Positions 1-8,687 of a stretch of DNA of 23,039 nucleotides are shown here, piece after piece. The translations under genes and the position numbers were made by a program. Location: positions 1 through 23,039 of the forward strand of contig JBKHJL010000016.1 of NCBI GenBank assembly GCA_046538155.1. Direction: 5' to 3'. The stretch's first letter is position 1; each line of letters starts with the position of its first letter. The notes under the pieces were generated by a model, which saw only the letters and a program-made list of their open reading frames with translations, had not been told where the DNA came from and did not search any database. This stretch comes from Candidatus Micrarchaeia archaeon. GTDB lineage: Archaea; Micrarchaeota; Micrarchaeia; Anstonellales; Bilamarchaeaceae.

Positions 1-3000
1 TCTTCAAACAGGAACAATATACAGAGGGCAGGTGGAGAAACGGTACAAAAACAAAAAAGTGAACCGCGCAACCTGGAAAAACAAATCAACTCGTCTTTTA
101 AACAGCTTGAAACCAAGCTGCAGATGGATGGGCTCTGGAACGCGGATGTTGCCAGACTTACAAATGCAGTAAAAAATTATGTTCTTCTTATAAACAGCAA
201 ATCATATGGAAAAGAAGAAATGAGGAAACTCAAGGGCGCATCAATAGGGGCTAAAGCAGAATTGCAAGATGCGGTGGGGGGAAACAGATATAAAACGCTC
301 ATGGAAAACCTGAAAGAGTATGCAAAACCCACCGTTGAAGTGGATTCCCTTGATAGTAAGCACCTGGTTGCAGGAATGATGGTGGAAGCACTTTCAGAGC
401 TGGAGGGAACGAAGCCCATCTTTGATGATGGCACACTGAACAGCACAAACTACCCTCTGCTGGGAGTAATGCTTTCCATGGGAGTTGTTGAGAATGAACA
501 GCTTGTCGGAGGGGGGGTGCCCATCAGAAATATTGAACAAAGTATTTCAGAAATCAGCGGAAACCCTGTTGCGAAAACCTCCGGGCTGGAAACAGTTACT
601 CCACAGAAAACAAAAGCAGAAGCGGAAACCATGGGCCCGCCGGTGCCTGAATGGATGGAAAACCTGAAGAATTACCCAAGCTTCATACAAGAAATGGATT
701 CCGGCCAGATAACTAAAGAATTTGAAAAAGAGCCAACTGACTGGCTTCTTGAAAAACTCGCCTACAGGATAAACTACCTCGCAGAGCAGCTAAGCGAAAC
801 CGAGCATGAAAAAGAAACAAATGAGCTGGAACACATAACAAAATGGCTGGAGAGTTTCGGGCTGGAGCTGAAGGGCGATTCCCCCCTGGCTAAAGCCAGG
901 TACGGGATCACCATGCTGCGGGGCGGGCTGGTTGCGCTGCAGGACCTTTACCAGGAGATGCGGCCCGAAGAAAAGGCGCTCACCAATTATCTCAAAAAAA
1001 TCAAGACCAACAACAAGCTTTTCACAGTATACAAAAAATACCTTTCAGCCCTGGACAGCAATGCAGCAAACCTATTTGAGGGAATTTCACCTGATGACAC
1101 AGGATATATAAGGAAAGTACAGAACAGAATAGACTCCAGGCTGGGAAGCTCTGAAATAAGAAGGGCTCAGGCAGCGTGGTTTACCCAGTATTATCCTGCT
1201 TTTTCCCCAGAGCGGGAAGACATTGAAATGAGCAGCATAGAAGCACAGATGTATGATAAAATTGCAGAGCTTGACCCGATGTCGGCAAAGGCATTTGCAG
1301 AATATATTACACAGGCAAAAAGCGGGGGGCTGGACAGCATGGAAGAGCGGAAAGCTGTGGTATCCACAGTTGCAAAACTCAACCGGATTCACCCCCTCCT
1401 TGTTCAGAGATATTTTTATGCATCGGCAAACCTTGCAGACATCTGCGAAGGAAACCGGGACGCGTTCCTGCAGGCAATGACTGCGCTTGCAGCAAGGATA
1501 GACCAGGCAGCGCAGCCATTTGTTTCAAGGATGTCTCCTTCCTCCCAGTTGCTTCCGCTCAACGCGCGGAAAACCATCGCACACCTGGACAATGCACTTC
1601 AGGAAATAAGCAAAATAGATAAGGCTGCACTGAGCCAGTATGAACGGATGGAGCTGATGGATGACAAGGTACTCGTTAGGCAGACTCCGCCCCACTCAAT
1701 AGAACAGAGGCCTCCGGGATATGCACCAAAACTCCTGGAGCCGCTGGACAGGGGCAAGTATGAGATTTCCCCTTACCCATTTCCGCCCAGAATATGGTTT
1801 CCCCAAACACAGGCCCCATTGACACAGGGGGGCGCCTACAGCAATCCAATGTCTTATGGAGGCGGGCTGAGGCTGCCGCAATTCAGGCAGCTGTCTGTTC
1901 CCAGTGGAGCGTCCGCAGTCGGGGCATCCCTTAAGAATTACATAAACCCACAGCACCCGCTCATCAATATAGATGAATCACTTCCCCACCTGAACATTTC
2001 CTCGCTGAGCCCCACCAGGCTGATAGCCGAGATAAACAGGGCATTTATTCCTTCAGAAATGCCCGAATATTCCAGCGAACTTATAGGCGGTGGCGGATTT
2101 GCGGGGATTGCAGGGAGAAAACCGGCAGACGATTGGGAAATGTTTGGGGGCAGTATGGGGACGCTCCTGACTCCTACAGGGGGAGCTTCCTGGGGAGGGC
2201 AGATGAAAGGTGAAACGGTTTTCGGGGGAGGAACTGCAGTTGCTGTTCCCATCGGGGTTCCGGTAATGAGTGCACCTCCAGGAGAAACAGAGGAAAAAGT
2301 TGTGGGGATTGACAGCGCCCTTGCAGGATACGAACAGTCCCTTACCGAACAGAACAAAGAAATGATTGTAGATGCAGTTTCCACAGTATGGGACCCTAAA
2401 AACCCGAAACAGACGCTGTTTGTTGCCAATATGCGCGAGGACAGGGAGGGGAAACAGGTAATGACCACACGATATTACTATATTGAAAAAGACGGGACCA
2501 TATTTGAGCTGAAAGGAGGGATAAACGATTTTGTGGATGCGCTTAACTTTGCTGCGGGCAGTGGAAACAAGGCATTTGACAGCCCCACAACTTATGCCTG
2601 GAACCTTGAGCCCACCATCCAAAGAGGGGGAAGTGTGCTTGCGTTTGACATTGAAAAAACAGCATGGCTTGCCCATGCCCAGGCAATACCCTTTTTCAGA
2701 AAGAAGAGGGAACCGCAGCCTTTCCTGCTCCAGTGGACGCCTGCAGAGGCAACAACCGTACACAAAAAAGGCCCGCTTGGAAAAAAGGTAAGGGCAACTG
2801 ATGTTCATACAATTTCTTTCCCAGGGCAGCTGCTCACAATGAAGAGAGAAGGGGAAGAAGAGGGAGGACGTACATTTGAAGACAAATACCTGCTCCAGGA
2901 TGTTGAATACACAATGAGGAGGGTAAAGGAAAGGGATGCCTGGCAGGTAAATGCAGGGGGAGGCCTCGGCCATGCAGAAACAGGAGAAACTGAAGAGTCT

Positions 3001-4647
3001 GCTCCGGAAAAGCAGTGGTTTGGGCGCGGGGGAATATTCTTCAGGAGCCAGAGCAGGGAAACAAGATATGAACGCGGTGGCGGGGGTGTGTTCTATGAAG
3101 CAGGGGCAACAAATATGGAAGCCCTTGCCCTTATGCAGGAAGCAGAAGATGCAAGAGAGTATATTGAGAGCCTCCACAGGGTGGGTGCAACAATATACGG
3201 CTCTGCCCGCGCAAAAGACGGCATTGTACTTGGAGGGCTCATCCATGCGGTTGAGCAGATTTCAAAATACAAGGAGGAGGGGGTAGAAGGAGATTACCGG
3301 CATGACCAGACATTCTGGAGGGTGATAGGGCTGATAAAGGGCCTTGAATCTGAATCCGGGGCTCGCATTGACACCAGCAGGATTTCCTGGCTTGAAAGAA
3401 TGAGCGCGGAATATGATGAACTGCAGAGGCAGGTGGGGAACAACCCAATGGGTGCAGATGACCTCACCCAACAGTTTTACTCAAAATACGGGAAAAATGT
3501 GAGGCAGGTTTTTGATTACTATTCCATTGCAGCGCAGATAAATGATGACTTCTCCATGGAAATGCTGATGATAAACAGGGAAGATGAGGGGGACTGGTTA
3601 GAACAGAAGATAGAAAGAGTGCAGGGAAAAATGCTTGTTGACTGGGAATCCGGTTTTTGGAGGGCATTTGCATCCGTACCAGTATGGGGAGTATACGGAG
3701 CCAGGGCAAGCGGAGATGTCGGGCTCGTGGGCACAGGAGTGGGACAGGAGCTTTTCAACGGGTTCTGGTTCCAGAAAGCCGCAGTTGACGGCGGGCTTCT
3801 TCTTGTGAGGGCAATTGCTGAAAACACTTCAGGAGAAAAGGAATGGAAGTGGAAAAAGGGGCACTTCATACAGGGGGCAATGAGGGTTTATTCAAGCATA
3901 CTGGAGGATGCAAATGATTTCCGTAGGCTCAGAACTGAATATGAAAAATATGAACGGGCCATACGGCGTGGAAACTATTCATCCATAGACCCGGAAGTGA
4001 GGGATGCAATCTGCAACGGCCTCGACCCAGACATAGTGGACCAGAACATAATAGATGAGGTACGGGCAGGAGAAAAGCTTGTTAGTCTCGGCCCGGACAG
4101 GAGAAGGGCTCTGGACAACATCCTGCTGGACGCGCTCTGGAATAACTGGTTCTTTGACAGGAAGATGGAGATACAGAAAAAGTTTGACGGGCATGTGCGG
4201 ATGTACTTTGCGGGCAGCGGATACTTTTACTCTGACAAAACATATTGGGACATCGGAGTGTTTGTTGAAAACATAAAGGGTTTCAAGCTTTATGCGATTG
4301 GAGCAAAAAGGGCCACCCCCGGATTGTATGCAGGTGCAGAAGTTGAAATAAAAGACTTTGAGCTCGGTGCAATAGGCAACATTTCAGAAACAGGGGTAGG
4401 GACCGCGCTCTCGGCAGAATGGAAATTCGGCCCGGAAGAATACGGATACTTCCGGCTGGGCACATATGGATATGCACGAAGCCAGTCGGTCCCCCAGTAT
4501 TATGCTCCGATGTACATGCCCACATCAAGAGAAGGAGTTCCTGAATTCGGTGCAGGAATCTACTTCCAGATAGGGGAAGGGCCATACATGCCTTATCCAA
4601 TAAATGCAACAACACCCACAGGAAGGCAGCCGCTCGGCACCCCATAG
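1..4647 (+). CDS. Very large hypothetical protein (>1548 aa, 5'-truncated by the window): helical N-terminal part, Pro-rich linker, Gly/aromatic beta-strand-rich C-terminal part
   Basis: The ORF track gives 124..4647 (1507 aa). The same frame is open from base 1 (SSNRNNIQRAGGETVQKQK...LQM), so the true start is probably upstream of the window. Stop TAG at 4645-4647. No recognisable family motif. Confidence 0.85.
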   Translation, partial: SSNRNNIQRAGGETVQKQKSEPRNLEKQINSSFKQLETKLQMDGLWNADVARLTNAVKNYVLLINSKSYGKEEMRKLKGASIGAKAELQDAVGGNRYKTLMENLKEYAKPTVEVDSLDSKHLVAGMMVEALSELEGTKPIFDDGTLNSTNYPLLGVMLSMGVVENEQLVGGGVPIRNIEQSISEISGNPVAKTSGLETVTPQKTKAEAETMGPPVPEWMENLKNYPSFIQEMDSGQITKEFEKEPTDWLLEKLAYRINYLAEQLSETEHEKETNELEHITKWLESFGLELKGDSPLAKARYGITMLRGGLVALQDLYQEMRPEEKALTNYLKKIKTNNKLFTVYKKYLSALDSNAANLFEGISPDDTGYIRKVQNRIDSRLGSSEIRRAQAAWFTQYYPAFSPEREDIEMSSIEAQMYDKIAELDPMSAKAFAEYITQAKSGGLDSMEERKAVVSTVAKLNRIHPLLVQRYFYASANLADICEGNRDAFLQAMTALAARIDQAAQPFVSRMSPSSQLLPLNARKTIAHLDNALQEISKIDKAALSQYERMELMDDKVLVRQTPPHSIEQRPPGYAPKLLEPLDRGKYEISPYPFPPRIWFPQTQAPLTQGGAYSNPMSYGGGLRLPQFRQLSVPSGASAVGASLKNYINPQHPLINIDESLPHLNISSLSPTRLIAEINRAFIPSEMPEYSSELIGGGGFAGIAGRKPADDWEMFGGSMGTLLTPTGGASWGGQMKGETVFGGGTAVAVPIGVPVMSAPPGETEEKVVGIDSALAGYEQSLTEQNKEMIVDAVSTVWDPKNPKQTLFVANMREDREGKQVMTTRYYYIEKDGTIFELKGGINDFVDALNFAAGSGNKAFDSPTTYAWNLEPTIQRGGSVLAFDIEKTAWLAHAQAIPFFRKKREPQPFLLQWTPAEATTVHKKGPLGKKVRATDVHTISFPGQLLTMKREGEEEGGRTFEDKYLLQDVEYTMRRVKERDAWQVNAGGGLGHAETGETEESAPEKQWFGRGGIFFRSQSRETRYERGGGGVFYEAGATNMEALALMQEAEDAREYIESLHRVGATIYGSARAKDGIVLGGLIHAVEQISKYKEEGVEGDYRHDQTFWRVIGLIKGLESESGARIDTSRISWLERMSAEYDELQRQVGNNPMGADDLTQQFYSKYGKNVRQVFDYYSIAAQINDDFSMEMLMINREDEGDWLEQKIERVQGKMLVDWESGFWRAFASVPVWGVYGARASGDVGLVGTGVGQELFNGFWFQKAAVDGGLLLVRAIAENTSGEKEWKWKKGHFIQGAMRVYSSILEDANDFRRLRTEYEKYERAIRRGNYSSIDPEVRDAICNGLDPDIVDQNIIDEVRAGEKLVSLGPDRRRALDNILLDALWNNWFFDRKMEIQKKFDGHVRMYFAGSGYFYSDKTYWDIGVFVENIKGFKLYAIGAKRATPGLYAGAEVEIKDFELGAIGNISETGVGTALSAEWKFGPEEYGYFRLGTYGYARSQSVPQYYAPMYMPTSREGVPEFGAGIYFQIGEGPYMPYPINATTPTGRQPLGTP

Positions 4648-4693
4648 GAAACTATTAAAAATATGTCCGTGATGGGTATCTGAGGTAGAGCAG

Positions 4694-5083
4694 ATGAAGC
4701 TGGAATTCGTAGAATTTTATGCAGGAGATATAAGGAAGAACAGCCCGAAGCCCGCAGAGTCGTTCAACACAAACATAACTCTTTCAGATGCATTTGTAGA
4801 AAAAAACGCGCTTACCCTGCATTTTGAATACACAGTAAACTATTTCCCTGGAAACAGCGGGATACACCTCACTGGGAAGGCTGTTTTTGCAGGGAAGGAA
4901 TCTGAAAAGGCATATGGAGAATGGGAAAAGAAACAGACAATCGGGGGAAAAGTGGGAGAACACATAGTGAATGCACTATACTACCACTCTGCACTAAATG
5001 CAATTCCACTCTCCAGCATGTTCGGGCTTGTGCCGCCTGTTGTGCTCCCTGAAGTAAAATTCAGCAAGAAAAAGAAGGGCTAG
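4694..5083 (+). CDS. Conserved archaeal hypothetical protein, possibly SecB-like fold
   Basis: 129 aa, with a GAGGT RBS and a TATTAAAA box upstream. Four beta-like segments (FNTNITL, LTLHFEYTVNY, IHLTGKAVF) are followed by helices and a C-terminal 'GLVPPVVLP'. This resembles a small archaeal family ending in LPPPIxLP. The fold is an inference. Confidence 0.6.
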   Translation: MKLEFVEFYAGDIRKNSPKPAESFNTNITLSDAFVEKNALTLHFEYTVNYFPGNSGIHLTGKAVFAGKESEKAYGEWEKKQTIGGKVGEHIVNALYYHSALNAIPLSSMFGLVPPVVLPEVKFSKKKKG

Positions 5084-5481
5084 ACCCTTTCAAACAGCTC
5101 TTTTGCTTTTGTAACCAGGCGGAAGCCCCTGCCTGCCACCGCAGTTCTTTCTGCTGCTGCCAGTTCTGCAAGCATAGGAAGCTCTGCTTCCACCCTGAGG
5201 ATGGCAAGCCCGCGGAAAACTGCACCCCATGGAAAAACAGCAATAATCTTGATTATGTTCTTTTTCAGAAATGTCTTTTTGTCTGTGGCCTTCACAAAAG
5301 AGATGGTTATGTCAGTTAAGATTATGAGGGAAAAAACAAGCTCTGAAACCTCCATGTTCTCCTTTCCAATGTGCTCTTCAAGCAATTCAGGAAAAACCAG
5401 GTCTCCCAGTATCATCAGAATAAGGAGGGCAAGCACAGTATTTGTGAGCAGGTTCCAGTGGGGGTGCTGCTGGGGATCCAT
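5080..5481 (-). CDS. Small membrane protein resembling the S1-S4 (voltage-sensor) part of Ion_trans channels, with no pore domain
   Basis: 133 aa with hydrophobic segments. 'IILTDITISFVKATDKKTFLKKNIIKIIAVFPW...FRGLAILR' matches the S2/S2-S3 linker/S3/S4 pattern of prokaryotic Kv channels. No TxGYG filter. Confidence 0.6.
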   Translation of the reverse strand: MDPQQHPHWNLLTNTVLALLILMILGDLVFPELLEEHIGKENMEVSELVFSLIILTDITISFVKATDKKTFLKKNIIKIIAVFPWGAVFRGLAILRVEAELPMLAELAAAERTAVAGRGFRLVTKAKELFERV

Positions 5482-5503
5482 GAAAAAAGGATATTCAGAA
5501 GGA

Positions 5504-5511
5504 TTATTTAA
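5504..5511. promoter_or_regulatory. Putative shared TATA box (TTATTTAA / TTAAATAA) for the divergent genes starting at 5481(-) and 5533(+)
   Basis: AT-rich box centred in a 51-bp intergenic gap, about 22 nt from each ATG. Purine runs lie upstream on each strand (BRE-like). Confidence 0.5.
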
Positions 5512-5532
5512 CCTTTTCTGCTATATGTGCAC

Positions 5533-6114
5533 ATGCAGAGGAGGCTTGTAACCGCAATATCAGTTCTTCTGGTTGTTTCACTTCTTATTGTTGCAGGAAT
5601 GAAATTCTACGAAGAAAAAATAATCGTGGATGATGCAACGGATTATGTGCTGGAAGACCTTGTAGGCAAGCACCCCACTGCTGATTCTGTTGAAATAATG
5701 GACTGGGAAACAAAGGAAAACGAGGAAGGGGGGGAATATCTCAGGATACGGGCAGCGGTTACCGAGGGAAGCTATACTCCCTGTCCGGTAAGGATACACT
5801 ACTTCTACCACTACCCTGTGCAGAACTTTGTAACTGACCCAAAGGAATACATAACCACTTCTGAATGCACGGTGTGCGAGGGAGAGGGGTGCGTAATCGC
5901 ATTCCGGGAAGAAGCAATAATTGCATCCCACACAAACACCGGGGCGGAAAAGGTGCATAAGTATGTGGAGGGATATGATGATGCAATACCCACCGTATAC
6001 AAAACAGGTGAAGGATGGAGGGTAGACTGGGACTCGGAATATGCAAAATACGGATACGAAGTAACAATAAGCAAAAACGGGGAGATTGGAAAGGTTTCAA
6101 CAATTTACTATTAG
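5533..6114 (+). CDS. Exported or membrane-anchored hypothetical protein with a Cys cluster
   Basis: MQRR followed by a hydrophobic helix (LVTAISVLLVVSLLIVAG) as signal or anchor. Acidic soluble domain with CPVR...CTVCEGEGC. ATG 5533 is preferred over GTG 5527. Confidence 0.8.
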   Translation: MQRRLVTAISVLLVVSLLIVAGMKFYEEKIIVDDATDYVLEDLVGKHPTADSVEIMDWETKENEEGGEYLRIRAAVTEGSYTPCPVRIHYFYHYPVQNFVTDPKEYITTSECTVCEGEGCVIAFREEAIIASHTNTGAEKVHKYVEGYDDAIPTVYKTGEGWRVDWDSEYAKYGYEVTISKNGEIGKVSTIYY

Positions 6115-6137
6115 GTTTTTTGAAGGGGTTTGCTGTA

Positions 6138-7895
6138 TTATTCCCTGGAAGAATAATAATACTCGTTTTTCTCCCGCTGCTCGCGGTCCAGGACACTGCC
6201 TGGCTTGTTTATGCGCGGCCGGTTGGAATCCATGTCCCTGCGCATGGTTATTCCTGCCAGCTTCAGGAAGCGGTTCATTCCCTCCTCCTTGTGCAATGGA
6301 GGAGAAGCGTGTCCCTGCACAGAGCTCTCTCCCTCAAACACCATCATCCTGTGAGCAATTGAATCAACAAAAACAACATCATGGTCAACAACGAAGGCGC
6401 ACTTCCCGGTTTCAGAAATTGTGTGCCTCAGAAGGTCTGAAAACCTGAGCCTCTGCTCCACATCAAGAAAAGCAGTGGGCTCATCAAAAAGGTAGATGTC
6501 TGCTTTCTGGGAAAGTGCGCGGGCTATTGCCACCCGCTGGAGCTCCCCTCCGGAAAGCTGGTCCAGGTCCTTTTCCATGATGCCCTGGAGCCCGAGTTCT
6601 CTTTTTGCATCCTCTGCAACCCGCTTGTTTATACTGCTGCCGATAAAAAGCTGGAAAACAGTAGTACCCTTCTGCGGCTTTATGTATTGGGGCTTGTAGG
6701 AAACCCTGAGTTCCCGGGCCTCCCCTTCATCCGGCTTTTCCACTCCTGCAAGAAGCTTCACAAAAAGGGATTTTCCAAGGGCGTTTTTCCCTACAATCCC
6801 TACTATCTCACTTTCCCGTATATCTCCCTCATCTGAGGAGAAATCAAAACCCTTGAAGCTTTTCCTCATTTCAGGGTAGGTGAAGCGCACAGTGGTGCTG
6901 GTTTCCCTTTCGCTGTACTTGCTGAACCGGATTTCCCTGCCCCGGAAGCGTATATTTTCATCCTTGAGAAACCCTGAAAGATATTCATTTATTCCCGCAC
7001 GGGTGCTTTTCACCCCTGAGCAGACACCATATGCATTTTCTTCCCCATAAAAAATGTAAACATAATCACTCATATAATCAAGAATTGCGAGGTCATGCTC
7101 AACTGCGACCATCTTCCTCCCCTCTGCAAAATCCCTGAGGATAATTGAGGTTCGGAGGCGCTCTTCAATATCCAGATAATTGCAGGGCTCATCCAGGTAA
7201 TAAATGTCTGCATCCTTAAGGTAGGCAGCAGCGATGGAAACCCGCTGGAGCTCCCCTCCTGACAGATGGGGAATCCTTCTTTCCAGAATATTTGAAAGCG
7301 AGAACTTCTCCACTGCAGAACCATAAGCATCCCTTTCATCCATCTTCTTAAGCAGCTCCTCCACCGTTCCCCTGAATGCACTCCGGAGGCGGTCAACCAT
7401 CTGGGGCTTGTAGGAAACCTCAAGCACATTTTCGGATTCAGACTCAAAATACCTGCGCTCGGAAATCGGCAGCCGCTCTAGTATCTCTTTTTCCGTGAAC
7501 TCTTTATCATATTCCCCAAAATTCGGCTTAATCTTCTTTGAAAGTATATTCAGGGCAGTTGTCTTTCCTATTCCGTTTTTTCCAACTATACCGCAAAGGC
7601 CTTCAGTAGGTATGGGGAGATTATAAAGCCGGAAAGAATTTATCCCATATTGATAAACCGGGTCCCCTGTTTCTGAAGCCACATTGATTATCTTTATTGC
7701 GTCTACAGGGCATTTCTTTACGCAGAGTCCGCAGCCTATGCACAAAAACTCGTTTATTACCGGGAAACCGCTGTCCTCCTCCACCTTTATGCACTCCTCC
7801 CCCATCCTGTTGACTGGGCAAACCTTTTTGCACTGGTAACCGCACTTCTTGCGGATGCATAAATCCCTGTCCAGGATTGCGAGCCTCGGACACAT
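6138..7895 (-). CDS. rli: ABCE1/RLI ribosome recycling and biogenesis ATPase
   Basis: N-terminal Fe-S motifs CxxxxCxxxCxxxCP and CIGCGLCVKKCP, then YGINSFRLYNLP. Two NBDs: GKNGIGKT and GKNALGKS, LSGGELQR twice, LDEP and FDEP. C-terminal RPRINKPGSVLDREQR hinge. ATG 7895 is preferred over GTG 7904. Confidence 0.98.
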   Translation of the reverse strand: MCPRLAILDRDLCIRKKCGYQCKKVCPVNRMGEECIKVEEDSGFPVINEFLCIGCGLCVKKCPVDAIKIINVASETGDPVYQYGINSFRLYNLPIPTEGLCGIVGKNGIGKTTALNILSKKIKPNFGEYDKEFTEKEILERLPISERRYFESESENVLEVSYKPQMVDRLRSAFRGTVEELLKKMDERDAYGSAVEKFSLSNILERRIPHLSGGELQRVSIAAAYLKDADIYYLDEPCNYLDIEERLRTSIILRDFAEGRKMVAVEHDLAILDYMSDYVYIFYGEENAYGVCSGVKSTRAGINEYLSGFLKDENIRFRGREIRFSKYSERETSTTVRFTYPEMRKSFKGFDFSSDEGDIRESEIVGIVGKNALGKSLFVKLLAGVEKPDEGEARELRVSYKPQYIKPQKGTTVFQLFIGSSINKRVAEDAKRELGLQGIMEKDLDQLSGGELQRVAIARALSQKADIYLFDEPTAFLDVEQRLRFSDLLRHTISETGKCAFVVDHDVVFVDSIAHRMMVFEGESSVQGHASPPLHKEEGMNRFLKLAGITMRRDMDSNRPRINKPGSVLDREQREKNEYYYSSRE

Positions 7896-8018
7896 ATTAA
7901 CCACTCAATTACAGAAGATAAGGTTAGTAATGGGGAAAACAATTAAAGGGAAGCGGACCAGGCATCCTGGAAATTTGGGGGGAGAGCTTTAAAAACATAT
8001 ATGAACATAGTAAATAAC

Positions 8019-8687
8019 ATGAATTCAAGGCTTTCCGGAAAAAAAACCCCTGTTCCGCTGGGGAACAAGAGAATGCGCTCTGCAATTCGCCGGGCAAACA
8101 ACCTAACTAAAGAATATGGGGCGCTCATAAGGCAGATTAGGGAAGCGCCCCTTTCTGAAGGCATACGGTCAACAAGAAGAACAAAAGTGATGCTGAACCA
8201 GAAGGCAATCTCAGGAAAAAAAGGTGCCCAGGAACAGGAAAGAAAGCTAATAGAACTGGAAACTGAATACGAAAGGAAAAAGGATGGGATAGTAAAGGAT
8301 GCAAAAGGGTGCCTGGAAAAGCTGGCCGAACAGGAAGGCATGCTGGAAGGCAGAAGCAAAACCAGCCCCTCCACCAGGGGAGTATGGGCTGCTGCAGGAA
8401 TCGCCGGAATTGCTGTAGCTGGGGCGGCCTGTGGAAGCGGACTTGCAATGCAAATCCCGCTGGGAGAATCAGCAATAATCGGGGCAGCCTGCGGGCTTGC
8501 CGGATTTGGGCTGGGTGGGCTTATCGGCATTTCAATGAGGAAAGGGGAAAGGAAAGCGTGTGAGTACATTGAAGAGAACCATGGGGAAACGATTTCGGGC
8601 ATTTTTGAAAAATGGCGGGGAGCCGTAATAGAATTTGAAAAGAAATCAGGGGAAGTTATTGCTGAATGCAGAAAAATATTTTCGTGA
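8019..8687 (+). CDS. Hypothetical membrane protein: basic/coiled-coil N-terminus plus a Gly/Ala-rich two-helix hairpin
   Basis: ORF 8001..8687. Hydrophobic segments VWAAAGIAGIAVAGAACGSGLAM and AIIGAACGLAGFGLGGLIGISM. TTTAAAAA at 7988-7995 favours ATG 8019; 8001 is the alternative. Confidence 0.75.
   Translation: MNSRLSGKKTPVPLGNKRMRSAIRRANNLTKEYGALIRQIREAPLSEGIRSTRRTKVMLNQKAISGKKGAQEQERKLIELETEYERKKDGIVKDAKGCLEKLAEQEGMLEGRSKTSPSTRGVWAAAGIAGIAVAGAACGSGLAMQIPLGESAIIGAACGLAGFGLGGLIGISMRKGERKACEYIEENHGETISGIFEKWRGAVIEFEKKSGEVIAECRKIFS

Noticed and set aside
2053..3246. 397-aa antisense ORF inside the giant gene
   Set aside because: It lies fully opposite a longer ORF, has Phe/Cys/Pro-skewed composition and no motifs. 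It is a typical shadow ORF.
1..6114. Left-hand hypothetical genes as a provirus, mobile element or defence island
   Set aside because: No integrase, transposase, capsid, terminase or nuclease motif was recognised. No att-like repeats or obvious compositional break from the housekeeping genes were seen by eye.
7943..8602. 219-aa minus-strand ORF upstream of rli
   Set aside because: It is the antisense mirror of the 8019..8687 gene, which has a TATA box and a coherent membrane-protein pattern.
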